From Antedon mediterranea (taxonomy: Eukaryota > Animalia > Echinodermata), in NCBI RefSeq assembly GCF_964355755.1, contig NC_092672.1, positions 36,834,437-36,898,436 on the forward strand: a DNA stretch of 64,000 bases, in the 5' to 3' direction. Made by a program: the position numbers and the translations under genes. Below, piece by piece: positions 37,205 to 49,424 of this stretch (position 1 is the stretch's first letter; each line of letters opens with the position of its first letter). The notes below the pieces were generated by a model. That model saw only the letters and a list, made by a program, of their open reading frames with translations. It searched no databases and had not been told where the DNA came from.

Positions 37205-39247
37205 TATTTGAATTTTCCTATATATATTATTACCAGTATGACTCTTGTTGACTAATGAAAAAATCGAACAATCATAACCTCACAGTCAGTATGTTTATAC
37301 TTCAAGGAAAATCGTAAAAATGATATCAATTTCCTTAGTCATGATGTTCTGACTTTACTCTATTACACTGGTATAGCTGCGTCAATTCATGTGTGTTCAC
37401 TATATCAATAATTATATAAGGAAGCTTAAACGTAATTATTTCTACTCCCGCCCTATAGACAAAAAAAAATCTATTCTATATTTAGAAAATACAAATAGAA
37501 TATAATATTCTCTTTCTAGGAAGGGAAATGTTAAATCACTGTTGTTATCGTGTTACCGTCTTACATACGTCCGTGTACTGTCAATGTACGACTGCTGCAA
37601 ATTTACCTATGTTTTCACCCTTAGGTCTATGTTTCTTTCCGCAAGGTATCAAACAGGACTGGTATTGTCCCGGAATGTGTGGAAATTCCACCTCAGTTTT
37701 ATTTTTTCTAATTGAAGGTTGTTCCGAACAATGGCAATACAATTCTATATTCTGAAGCTAGGATTCAACGAAAAAAAGACAAAATGGCCATGTCAGTTTA
37801 TCATATGAATTCCTTTTAGCGAAAAAGGACAATTCAGAAAACAGCTATTTTGGCACTCGTCACAGATCAGTGCACACAGCCACAAATATTCTGCTGAGCA
37901 GTGTACTGTTTAGACTATTCCATTCTCAAAATAGGTAAATTGTTTATAAGGTCAATTGAATTGATTTAAGATTCAAGAAATTTCAACCTCGGTTTCTTAA
38001 ATAGTTATTACATTATGTTCAACTGCGGTTTTACGAAAATCTATTATCATCTCTTTGGTTTTAGTAATATTAAGTATTAAGTTCATATTCTCACACCAAT
38101 TAACAAATGAACAAATTGCAAATAAACAGGTAGGCCAGTTTCAATTCAAACTTTATAGAAACCACCACATAATATATATGTATAAAAAGGTCATATATAT
38201 AGTCCAAATCACTGTTAAATAGTCCCTTAGATATATTAATTCTAACTTTACTAAGAAGAAACATAATTATTGCCTACTTATGTTCATTATATTTCCCTTT
38301 GATAAAATGGAATAACCCGCTACCAATCCAGCCTAGCCTAGCCTATGTTAGACAATGGCCGATGCGAAATTTGTTGTATACACTTAAAAGGGCTAGTAGC
38401 TTATAGACTATTTAGGTGGTATTATTGCGTATTTTCTCTAAAAAAATTACACAGAATTATTTTATATGACTTTAACTACAATATTGATTAACAAATTGTA
38501 ATGAAAATAAGCAGAATATACTCACATTTGGGTATCAAACACAGGCCAATAGTACACATAAGAGAATTTCGCGCGGAATTTCCCAAAAATATGCTGTTTA
38601 GTAATCAAATTTTCGCGGGTCTCACCATAATCCAATCAAAAAAAATATTACATGGTTAGAAAGCCACTGTATAGGAGACTACGATGTTAAAAGAACTAAG
38701 TTTTAAGAGGACGCTGTTCAAAGTTGTGGCAATTTCAAAACTATACATCAGCGAAAAACGCGAATTTCACACAGGAATCGGCTGTTTTTTGGCCGGGACA
38801 GGGTATGTTTAATGTAAATTCGCGATTTCCAGCTATCAAAAATTTATTTTTTAAATACATAGTCAGAAAGTACAATACCTTAGCTTCAACATAGTATGAG
38901 AACTAATGTATACTATGCGAGATAAAGATTTTACAAGTATAAATGTGAAAAAAAGTAGTTTCCTCCATGCACTTAGAATAGGAACAATATCGTGCGGAAG
39001 ACGTTTTTGGATTAGTGCACCAAAGGAATCCATATGATTTTGTTTATTAGTTGCAGCGGGTACTGCACCAACAGGATTGTAATTGTTTGCAACCACCGTG
39101 GAGTAACTTTGCGTCAAAGTGTTGAGTAAGCCTAATTAGTCCGATGTTTGCCGTACTGTCGTTTTTTTTCACAAGTATTCTCAATTTACTTAGTATAGAA
39201 TACAAATTACGTCAGAGTGGTATTACAAAAATTGGAAACACCAACTA

Positions 39248-39565
39248 GTTGCTAGACGACAGGTCGAAGGTCAAGAACTTCAAAGATAGCTTCTTGCATA
39301 TATTATTATTTTTAATGTTTTATTTCCTTATAAAAAGCTTTTACAATTGTAATACTGAAGTTGTGTCAGCATGTTTAATAACAACATGTATCTTAAACAA
39401 ATAGTATAAATCCATAACAAACAAAAGTAAACACCAAATACGGAATCCTATTTTAAGAAACTCATTCACTTAGTCTTAAAGTTTTAAAATACCACATTGT
39501 ATTTTGTAATGTTAATTATTCTCTATTGATAAACTGAACACGAAATTAACTATTGTAGTTAATAA
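39248..39565 (+). pseudogene. Duplicated fragment of the beta-adaptin 3' end (30 nt of coding exon fused to 3' UTR)
   Basis: GTTGCTAGACGACAGGTCGAAGGTCAAGAA is identical to 28981-29010; followed by sequence aligning to about 29337-29750; homology resumes at 42046. Confidence 0.85.
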
Positions 39566-42045
39566 GACACTACCCGCGTTTACGCGTAACACTTTAGAAG
39601 CGTCAAATTATAGTGCGCCCCCTCGCTTAAACAAGTAACGAACTTTTGCGTGACGATGATCGCAGTATTCTTTAGAAAATGGGATTGAGGAGTCGCGCCA
39701 AAGTTTGTATGGTTAAGAAACAATGAATGAAAAGAGAAAAAGTGGAGGGATGTACTGTGCTGCAATTAATTGTAAAAGCAATTCAAAGGCCAACCCAGAA
39801 CTTAAGCTTTACAATTTTCCCAAAGACAAGAACAGGTAAATTTATGTAATTAAATAAGTAGCCTACATCTTAACATATGCTATGTAGGCCTAGGGACTAA
39901 TCTTACTTTACTGTATTCAATTTATACATATATTAATAAACTAGGCTAGGTAGGCCTATTATTAATAATTATTATTTAAACGTATGAAATGATTATAGTA
40001 TCATTATTAGGCTACTACTAGTACATATAGTTGGTTATATTACTTATCCTTTAAAATTTAGTACCCTTAACAAACAATTTTTAAAACTTTCAATTCAAGA
40101 AACATTTATTGACCAAATATATATCATTACAATTGTTGGCATATAAGTAAAAATTTGGTCGAAAGACTACAATTACAATTGGCATGTCGCTGTAGGCCTA
40201 GTCCCTCTTTTTACATTATACAAATAATAATAATAATAATACTTAATATAAACAAATTGTGATCTTGATTATTTCATGCTTTCCGTCTCATGGTTAATAT
40301 TTGCTTTCTGTCTCATGGTTATTTGATTTCGTTTAATTTAACTAGCCGTTACATACATTACAGTATATTAACGCATGAAATGATTATTATTATCATTATT
40401 AGGCTAGGACATTAGTTATAATAACAGTGAAATTACACTATTTGTATTGTTCCCTTGTTATATTACTTATCCGTTGAGTAGCCCTAACAAACAATTTTTA
40501 ATTGAATCTTATACTTAATCTTTATGAAATTCAACCGTTAGTTAGTGGTTTTAGGTTAGGCTTAAGTATTTGATTTTCAAAATTTGAAAATCAATTAGCA
40601 TGCACGTAGACGTCCTATAATTACGTAAACGTTAATTATGATAAAGCAAAAACTCACTAGACAATTATTAATTTACAGGTGTGCAAAATGGGCCCAGAAC
40701 ACACGACGCGCGGATTTGAGAACGAAACCAAGTTCCTATTTACACCGTAATTGCCACTTGTGCAATATTCATTTCGAAGAATCTCAAATACTGATGGTCA
40801 CAAAAAGATTGTATGGAATGCATTCCCTACAATATTTGATGTCCCAAATCCACCACACCAAGTAGTTAATGTCCTATCTATCTGTGAAAAGATTTTTGTT
40901 TCAAACTTTAACAAATACTTACATACATCAAACATCAGCAGAAAAATAAAGTTAAAAATCGCTACCATGTTACATAGATTTGGTATGAAGTTGAATCTTT
41001 GTTCACCAGCAATTGAAACATTGCTAATTGAAACGTACGTAAACCTACGCATATTCTTCAACAGAGACATAATCAGTGATAAGAAGAAGAGTAAAAAATT
41101 AATTAAAGTATCACATTTATGAGGTCTGGTAAAGTTGTAAGAGGTCTGTACGCGCTCCGGTCTGTGCATTATTGGCTAGAAATGATTATCATTACGACGG
41201 TCTGGTATGATGATTGAATAATTGTAAATATGATGATTTTATTTCAATGTTTCTACATTTTTTATATTTCCTCTGGGTGGCCCGTGCATCATTTCGGAAT
41301 AGTTATTGAGTTAATTTTAAACTGAGACTACTATAACATAACTTATTGTTATCTCAGGTTTTAAATCAATTATAATAATAAATGAATGTCATGGCGAATG
41401 ATGGGTACCGGTATGCCTAGTATGAATTGTCTCAGAATTGACTATCATAATCTGTTTCATATCATGCCTGTAGGCTTAAGCCTATGATTGTTTATAAATA
41501 TATTCCGAAAAACTACTGCAATAAAATAGTCGAAGTAGTGATTTTAAAAAGTGACTCTTGTTCTTTTTTAATTGTTTTTAACACACTATTTGACTAATAT
41601 ATTTTCCTAATCTGTACTGTTTTGCTGCTGGATGAAAAGGAAGAACATATCAAGAACAAAAACGGAATACGATGCGCTTAGTGTTGTTAATACCAGAGGG
41701 ACCGACTCGCATAAATAAGTAGTAGTGATGTGAGTGATGATTACTCCTAGATGATGATTTTGAGGATGATGATAAACATTCAATAATAACAACAATATTC
41801 AGTAATTAAAACAAATAGATATACAAAGTACAGGAAATAAGTCTATCATTATAATTTAATCGCACATTACCACAATTATTGTGATGAAAAAAATTGAGTA
41901 TTCAGTTACAATACAGTAGACATATCTGATCCATAAATCTACTTGTTTGAGCGAGAGGGCGCCCTATAAAATGAGCTCCATGTGTGTTACATGAATTGCA
42001 CGTAAAATTCCGAGAGTGTCCCATCTTTAGTATATAAGATCTTTG
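39566..42045 (+). mobile_element. Internally deleted P-element/THAP-type DNA transposon
   Basis: Absent from the paralogous segment near 29745. Right end reads CAAAGATCTTATATACTAAAGA on the minus strand; imperfect inverted subterminal repeats (GCGCCCCCTCGCTTAAACAAGTA / TACTTGTTTGAGCGAGAGGGCGC); the left terminal ~25 bp is missing. Confidence 0.75.
39750..41122 (+). pseudogene. THAP zinc-finger transposase relic
   Basis: MYCAAINC...FPKDKNR|CAKWAQNTRRADL...LCNIHFEES, then a frameshift to AFPTIFDVPNPP (C2CH THAP plus AVPTIF box); intron 39836-40678; fused directly to a C-terminal-like segment, so the catalytic core is missing. Confidence 0.8.
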
Positions 42046-43070
42046 ATAATAATACAAGTTTTACAATGTTTTCGCACACATTCATAACATTACAAATGGC
42101 ATATTGGACAACAATCAATGGTCAAAGTTTATAAAACAATGAAGAGGAATCAAATATATTGTTTAATGTTTAATTTTAATTTTTTATTTGATTATGTTTT
42201 TCCTTTGTAATGTATTATATGATGAAATAATAAAAAAAAAATACATTGTTAACATTATATAGACCTATACACAAGCATGCTATTATTTCTTATTATTTCC
42301 TAATATTTTACAATTATTATTATTGTATAAAATGATTGAATGTAGTAAATGTGATAAAATGTGAAAGAAAGATAGAAGAAAATAAATTTAATTTAAATAT
42401 ATATTAACCTGAAACTTAACTGGGCTGGAATACCATACAAAATTCTACTAAATGGGTTTCTTGTATACTATACTTCGGTTGGTTGGTTGGTCGGATGGTT
42501 GGATAGTCGGATGGTCGGTCGGTCGGTCGGTAAACACTAACTCAAATTTGGCCTTGTTTTTTTTTTAATTTAAAGATACTGTATAGCAATTTTAAAGGCG
42601 AATTGTCTATCATGAATGCTAAAATGGAAAAATTAAGATAATAATACCTAGTTTAAGCATGAAACGCATTCGTTAATAACCATTTTACACAATCACACAA
42701 TTTGTATTTTCCCCAATATCATTTAATTCTTTAGTATTGAATGATATCTTTAAATGGGTACATTTAAGTAGACTCTTTTAAGTAGTCTCGCCTTGTCATT
42801 ACATAACCACTAATTAAAATTTAGTTTCAAAAGCTAATAAATTTGTTTATGTAGTATTAAGGTTTAGTTGCATTTATTTCAAGAAAGAAGTTTTAGAAAT
42901 TATTTACAGATAGGAAGCTAGAACAATAATGCTTTTTTTTAAACACAAGTATAAATAATATAAGTACAATACTTTAATTTTTTTTTAAACTAGATTAAAA
43001 TTGATGGACTGATGCCCATCAACTTTAAAAGAAACAATTTAGACTTTTTGTTCAATCCTGGCTTAGGTCT

Positions 43071-45684
43071 CTAAGATGTTTGTACAGTAAAGTAAAATGG
43101 TTTTTCGTCACCATTAACGGCATCTGGTTGAGCATCAGATGACATTTTTCCACCCTTGTTAACCTCGAGAAGGTTATAATCATCGTCTCCAGCAAAGACA
43201 TCGTTTGATGATAGAGGCATTGGTGGTGTATTACCATCAGTACAAACAGACATATCTGGATTGTCATCTTGGTCAGAGCTTTTCTCAAGGACATGATAGT
43301 CACCCTCTGCAAGAACGTTCTCTACGGCCAAACGAGACGTTTGAGCTGGACCAACGTCTTTACCAGAGTCCCTCTCAAGGACATGATAGTCACCATCTGC
43401 AAGAACATTCTCTACGGCCAAACGAGACGTTTGAACCGGATAAACGTCTTTATCGGAGTCCCTCTCAAGGACATGATAGCCACCCTCTGCAAGAACATTC
43501 TCTTGTATCTCTAGGCGGCGAGATATTTTACCTGACTTAAGAAGAGGGTCATCTGGATATGCGTATTCGTGATCATCATCAGTCGATCCAACAATCTGAT
43601 TGGCTCTACTCGAAATATCGGTGCCACTCGTACGAGCATTCTGGCTTGTTGAATTGCCAATATTGGCGACTCCTCTCTCAAGAACATTGAAGTCGCCTCT
43701 GGTAAAAGACTCTTCGATATCTGTTGATACGCCGCGACGGGTTGTTGGACCTGACGCAAGTATTGGATCATCTGGATACGCGTATTCGTGATCGTCTTCG
43801 TTAATAAACTGCGCTCTACCATCATGTGTCTGATACCGAACTTCACCCGAAGCACAGGACGCAATGGCAACTGTTGCAGATGTGTGCTCAATTCCTGGTG
43901 GCAATGAAGACACACTCGGTGGTTCTGGTGACAAGTGAACTATAGCACTGGAGTATCCGCTGCTGATGACGTTTTTTGGTTGTCGTTGTAGTCTCATGTA
44001 TTCATGATTGGATTGATCTCCAGTGTCAGTGTGAATGTCTTGATTCAAGTGTTGTTGTCGGTTTTGGTGTTCTGTCACAGAGTTATCTTGAATTCTTTGT
44101 GAGTCATCAGTAACTTTAAACAAAATATGGATATATCGTTAGACACATGGGGTTCTGTTTAGGTGTAGGTGATTACCTAAGTTAATTTGCCAAGGCAAAC
44201 TAGTTCCAGAAAAATGACATAGCCTACCTGTTTTTAATCCAACGTTCTCTGGTATCGTATTAATTTTCGTTAAGGTTCTAAAGAGAAAATAATGTTTCTT
44301 TTATCATCATCATCATTATTAAGAATATGATCATGTCGTCATCGTCAACTTATCTTAAGTCATTGGCGGTTCCGTTTCATTATATTGTAATCATCAACCT
44401 AATTTTGTATTACAGTACCATCACCGATCATGATTATCATTGTTGTCATTGTCAAGATTGAATGAAGCCCAAATACCTATCGAGATCTCCCAGAGTGTAC
44501 CGTAATAAGTGTATATTGCAGACACTATTGTATCAACAAATTTTAATTAATTAATGATTTTACATTGATTAAAATGTGCGCTGCTTGACCTACCCATTTC
44601 TCTGTCTTCGGTGGTAAAAACATATCGCTACTATAATCAACATTATTACAATACATATACAAATCAGTATAATAATGTATTTCTGCTTGGTTGAAAGCCT
44701 ATTACTCGTCTTCGGAAGTGTAGACCCATCATGAGCAGCATCAGGGGTAGTAGTAGTACTAACAGGACTATTACTAGCAGGAGTAGTAGTACTAGCAGGA
44801 GTAGTAGTACTAACAGGACTATTACTAGCAGGAGTAGTAGTACTAGCAGGAGTAGTAGTACTAACAGGACTATTACTAGCAGGAGTAGTAGTACTAGCAG
44901 GAGTAGTAGTACTAACAGGACTATTACTAGCAGGAGTAGTAGTACTAGCAGGAGTAGTAGTACTAACAGGACTATTACTAGCAGGAGTAGTAGTACTAGC
45001 AGGAGTAGTAGTACTAACAGGAGTAGTAGTACTAACAGGACTAGTACTAGCAGGAGTAGTAGAACTAGCAGGAGTAGTAGTACTAGCAGGAGTAGTAGTA
45101 CTAGCAGGAGTAGTAGAACTAGCAGGAGTAGTAGTACTAGCAGGAGTAGTAGTACTAGCAGGAGTAGTAGTACTAACAGGAGAGAGATATGAGATGTCCT
45201 GTTTATTTCCAGCTATAGTGTACGTAGAGTCAGTAATAACAGTAGGCCTAATGGTTGTTGAAGTAGCTTTTGTAGCAGTTTGTGTAATGTTATTGGCATT
45301 GCATCGAGCATCTATTATATTTTTAAGACATTGTGTGCTTAATAGTTCTTTCTCAATCATGGTAGTACAGGTTTTGCAAATCTTCACTTCTTTACAATTG
45401 TCTTTTATCATACAAATTGAGTCTAGTAATTCCAAGCATTTCGTCTTATTATTTCCAATGCCTGGTGGATTAAGGTTATTATAAGTAGGCATATAGCCTT
45501 CTGATGTTGATTCTTGCAAACATTCTAGGAGATTATTGTCAAGACAAGCACGTGGTGGTGGTGGTGGTGGGAGTAAACAGGAGGGTGGATTGGTAACCCC
45601 ATTAACTTCTTTACCAGTTGCATATTTGATCAAGAAAGTGAATGTCCAAACAAGTTGGCATACACAAATTATTTTTATATTCAT
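43071..45684 (-). CDS. Receptor 2: unassigned type I membrane protein with mucin stalk, about 727 aa; exons 44594-45684, 44228-44277, 43071-44113
   Basis: In-frame GT-AG splicing (2184 nt). Signal peptide MNIKIICVCQLVWTFTFLIKYATG, 10-Cys domain, (STTTPA)n stalk, TM YIIILICICIVIMLIIVAICFY plus HRRQ; tail highly similar to receptor 1 but with only 3 YHVL units. Confidence 0.82.
44750..45182 (-). repeat. Coding 18-bp VNTR (PASTTT/PVSTTT/PASNS) forming a mucin-like stalk, with a 54-bp higher-order period
   Basis: AGCAGGAGTAGTAGTACT repeated more than 20 times, in frame within receptor 2. Confidence 0.92.
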
Positions 45685-46529
45685 TGGTGATGTAGGCCTA
45701 TTTTTAAGCTGAGGTTTATAGCGCGCGGCAGCTTTTTCTTTCTTGTCCAAACAGCAAATCTGAAAAGAATGTGTATGTTATGATTATTTATTTTCTAAAG
45801 AATTACGTCTATCTATTATTTTTGTCAATGATTTTATATAGCCGAAGGCTAGATAGCAAACTGCAATGTTATCGCAGCAGGTAAAAAAAGTGATTCTCCA
45901 TGGAGAGAGGAACCAACAAGATGGCGGCTGCAATCGACCAATCAGATATGCCCTACGCAGTACGCACTGCTATACGCGTGCTGTGTTGAGCCTATCTGCG
46001 TGAGAACGATACGCAAGGCAGCGCGTTAAGCGTATAAACGCGATCGCATTCTATATGATCCTCGTATACATAATATGCTAGATTACCAAGAAATTATTCA
46101 TTCCATTGCGATTAACAATAATTATATTTAATTTTATAAAAACTTCACTGTGCTTTGACAAGAATATGTGTTGTAATTTATGTGGTCTTAATGTAGCCAC
46201 CATCTTGTTGGTTCCCTCTCCATATGAAGAATCACTTTTGAACTGCGATAACATTAAAAGATTGCCATCCAGCCTTCGGCTATTACAGATCACTGTTTTT
46301 AACACATTTACGGCCGCCATCTTGTTGGTTCCCCCCTCCTCCTGTTGGAATCACTTTTCAGTCTGGAGTACGCCCTCTAGCCTTCGGCTTATTACATGTA
46401 GTATATGCACGCGCACATATATATATATGCGTACTGCGCATATGCTCTGACGACTTTAGCCTACAAAACGTTCTATACTTGTTCATGACTACTAGGCCTA
46501 GTTGGTTTCATTAAATACGTTCATTATTA

Positions 46530-49202
46530 TGTAACAGGGTAACAGGTATGCTTATACCCAAATACTTGAATGATTTATCTGCTGAATCTGACTTGAATCT
46601 GAGAAACCTTGTGGGACCCATTAAAGTAAAAGCTGGAATGATAAGTGACCATGCTATAAATAGATGAGTCACCTCATCCAAGTGGCGGGAAAATGGTCAT
46701 GAATATTTAGTGTATAATGTTTCAGTATGGGTCAGTTCATAAATGGACAAGGGATTTTGTTAATTGATTTGCATTTTTAATAGTTTCTTTTTTTTGTATA
46801 ACCGAACTTTAAATTGATAATTACATGTGTGTGACTCGAGTTACAATACAAACGGTCTGTAAACTACGAAATAACGTTATGGTAAATGTATATACCATCG
46901 GTTAAAAATTGTAATAGTACCCAACTGGGAATGGATGACACTTACTAGTGCCTAGCCCAAAGTGAAGGTTTTCATCTCCTTCCGACTGGTTACTAGGTAA
47001 GCATCTATATTTTTATCTCTCTTAATTTTAGAATTGTTTTACTATAGTTAATATAGTTGATTAGTTATTTGATGTTATACTATAGTTAATATAGTTGATT
47101 AGTTAATCGATTGTTATACTAGACACAACGCAATAGCAGCCTATACAATACTGTCGTTAATGATACGATCACTGATGTTATCTTAAATAGTAACACTGTT
47201 GTTGTTATCTCCTTCCGACTGATTACTAGCTTCAATAAAAGAATATAACTTTTCCAAACCAAGAACTGTCTCTGTGGATGATTTTATTGTGTTTGTGGCA
47301 ATGCTGCAGCTCCTGAAAATACTACGCGATAAAGCTACGACGCTAGTAGTACGAACCTGTTACATTTGGTGCCGTGACTAGGATTTGCTGTTCAGCCAGG
47401 AAGGGATCACTCTCAAGAAAGACTACGATAAGTGCTGATTAGTCTTTTCTTAAGTTTTAACCAGCCATTTGGAAAGATGTGGATCTTACTCAACCTTACG
47501 TCCCTGAAGCTGCAGTACCAGAATCTGCTAATACAATATCCATAGAACAACAAGAAACACCATCTATCAACCCTGCTTCTGTCCATGCATCTGTGGAACC
47601 GTCAGAAACTTCTCCTTCAACTGAGCATGATATCACTCCCGTCGCAGTCGTCATGGATCATACTGATGATGATAACTCCTCAGGAGAAACACGTTCAGAA
47701 CCAACCTTAAGTCTCCAACGTTCGAAACGTGTAATTAAACCGCCAGACCGATACGGCTTTATTTCTAAGTGGCTCTGGGGAACCCCTGCACTAACATCCC
47801 ATGTGGGTTGTTTAGATGTTTGATTGTTTAAACTGTATTAATTTTGCTTGATACTTAACTTGTTTTTTATATAATTATGTCTGAGAGAAGACAATTTTAC
47901 TTGATTTTAATTTTAATCTCAATAGTTTAATTTGTTACCTTTATTGTATACTGTATCTTTTGTATGATCATGTTTTTTTAACATACTTGTTTGCCATGTG
48001 TATGGCTTGTGTTATGTTGGTACGTCACCTTGTGTTTGGTGGGATTGAACTTTCGAGTAGTAATCGCAGGATTTCGAGAAACTTCTGAAGTGTAAACGGG
48101 CACTTCTGTACACCGACTATTGTGGGGATGGCCACCCTTCAATAGTAATCCATTTGGATAAATTGTTATTGGTTGTTTCTAATAATTCTGTATAACTTGC
48201 TCTCATTGGTTCAATCAGGTACAGGTATACTGTTGTGATATAACAGTTTCATTTTTTTTATAAATGCCATTTAGTTAAGTTTTTTTATGTAATTCCCTAT
48301 GATGTCATTTTCATTGTATAAATCGTGACTTGTAAATGTACCGGTGTATTTAGGTTTAGGTTAATGAATTTGTATATAACTGATATTTAGCAGATAAATG
48401 GGGGGTGAGTGTAACAGGGTAACAGGTATGCTTATACCCAAATACTTGAATGATTTATCTGCTGAATCTGACTTGAATCTGAGAAACCTTGTGGGACCCA
48501 TTAAAGTAAAAGCTGGAATGATAAGTGACCATGCTATAAATAGATGAGTCACCTCATCCAAGTGGCGGGAAAATGGTCATGAATATTTAGTGTATAATGT
48601 TTCAGTATGGGTCAGTTCATAAATGGACAAGGGATTTTGTTAATTGATTTGCATTTTTAATAGTTTCTTTTTTGTATAACCGAACTTTAAATTGATAATT
48701 ACATGTGTATGACTCGAGTTGCAATACAATCGTTCTGTAAACTATGAAATAACGTTATGGTAAATGTATATACCATCGGTTAAAAATTGTCATAGTACCC
48801 AACTGGGAATGGATGACACTTACTAGTGCCTAGCCCAAAGTGAAGGTTTTCATCTCCTTCCGACTGGTTACTAGGTAAGCATCTATATTTTTATCTCTCT
48901 TAATTTTAGAATTGTTTTACTATAGTTAATATAGTTGATTAGTTATTTGATTGAATATACTAGACACAACGCAATAGTAGCCTATACTGTCGTTAATGAT
49001 ACGATCACTGATGTTATCTTAAATAGTAACACTGTTTTTGTTATATCTCCTTCCGACTGGTTACTAGCTTCAATAAAAGAATTTAATTTTTCCAAACCAA
49101 GAACTGTCTCTGTGGATGATTTTATTGTGTTTGTGCCAATGCTGCAGCTCCTGAAAATACTACGCGATAAAGCTACGACGCTAGTAGTACGAACCTGTTA
49201 CA
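46530..49202 (+). mobile_element. Non-autonomous LTR element nested in the 5' LTR of the Gypsy element
   Basis: LTRs 46530-47364 and 48410-49202 (TGTAACAGG...CCTGTTACA); PBS TGGTGCCGTGACTAGGAT (tRNA-His-like); PPT AAATGGGGGGTGAG; the ~1 kb interior keeps only a pol C-terminal remnant (LQRSKRVIKPPDRYG). Confidence 0.92.
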
Positions 49203-49424
49203 TATACTCATCTCAACGTACTTATTAATTTGTCTACGACGATACACGACACTGGCGACGAGGATGGGATCACATTTACATAGAGAAACGGAAGTATAAT
49301 AATATTATAAAACTAGGCTAGCAGTTTTTGATTTTCCAACAACGGCAACAGTAACCAAGGAACCACACAGGCTAATAGTAATAACGATTCTGAGCGCCCT
49401 GAACGTACAGAGCGAAGCGCGGTA

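Noticed and set aside
38540-39130. Possible coding relic (ORF 38863..39117) between receptors 1 and 2
   Set aside because: No recognisable motif, splice structure or termini; may be an old transposon fragment, but I cannot support a call.
44731-45484. Plus-strand SR-rich ORF (RSSSTS)n and the adjacent hydrophobic ORF
   Set aside because: Antisense shadows of the receptor 2 mucin and ectodomain exon.
45685-45750. N-terminal extension MDKKEKAAARYK of receptor 2 in the ORF track
   Set aside because: Starts at TTG; the first ATG (45684) directly precedes a signal peptide, so the extension is treated as 5' UTR.
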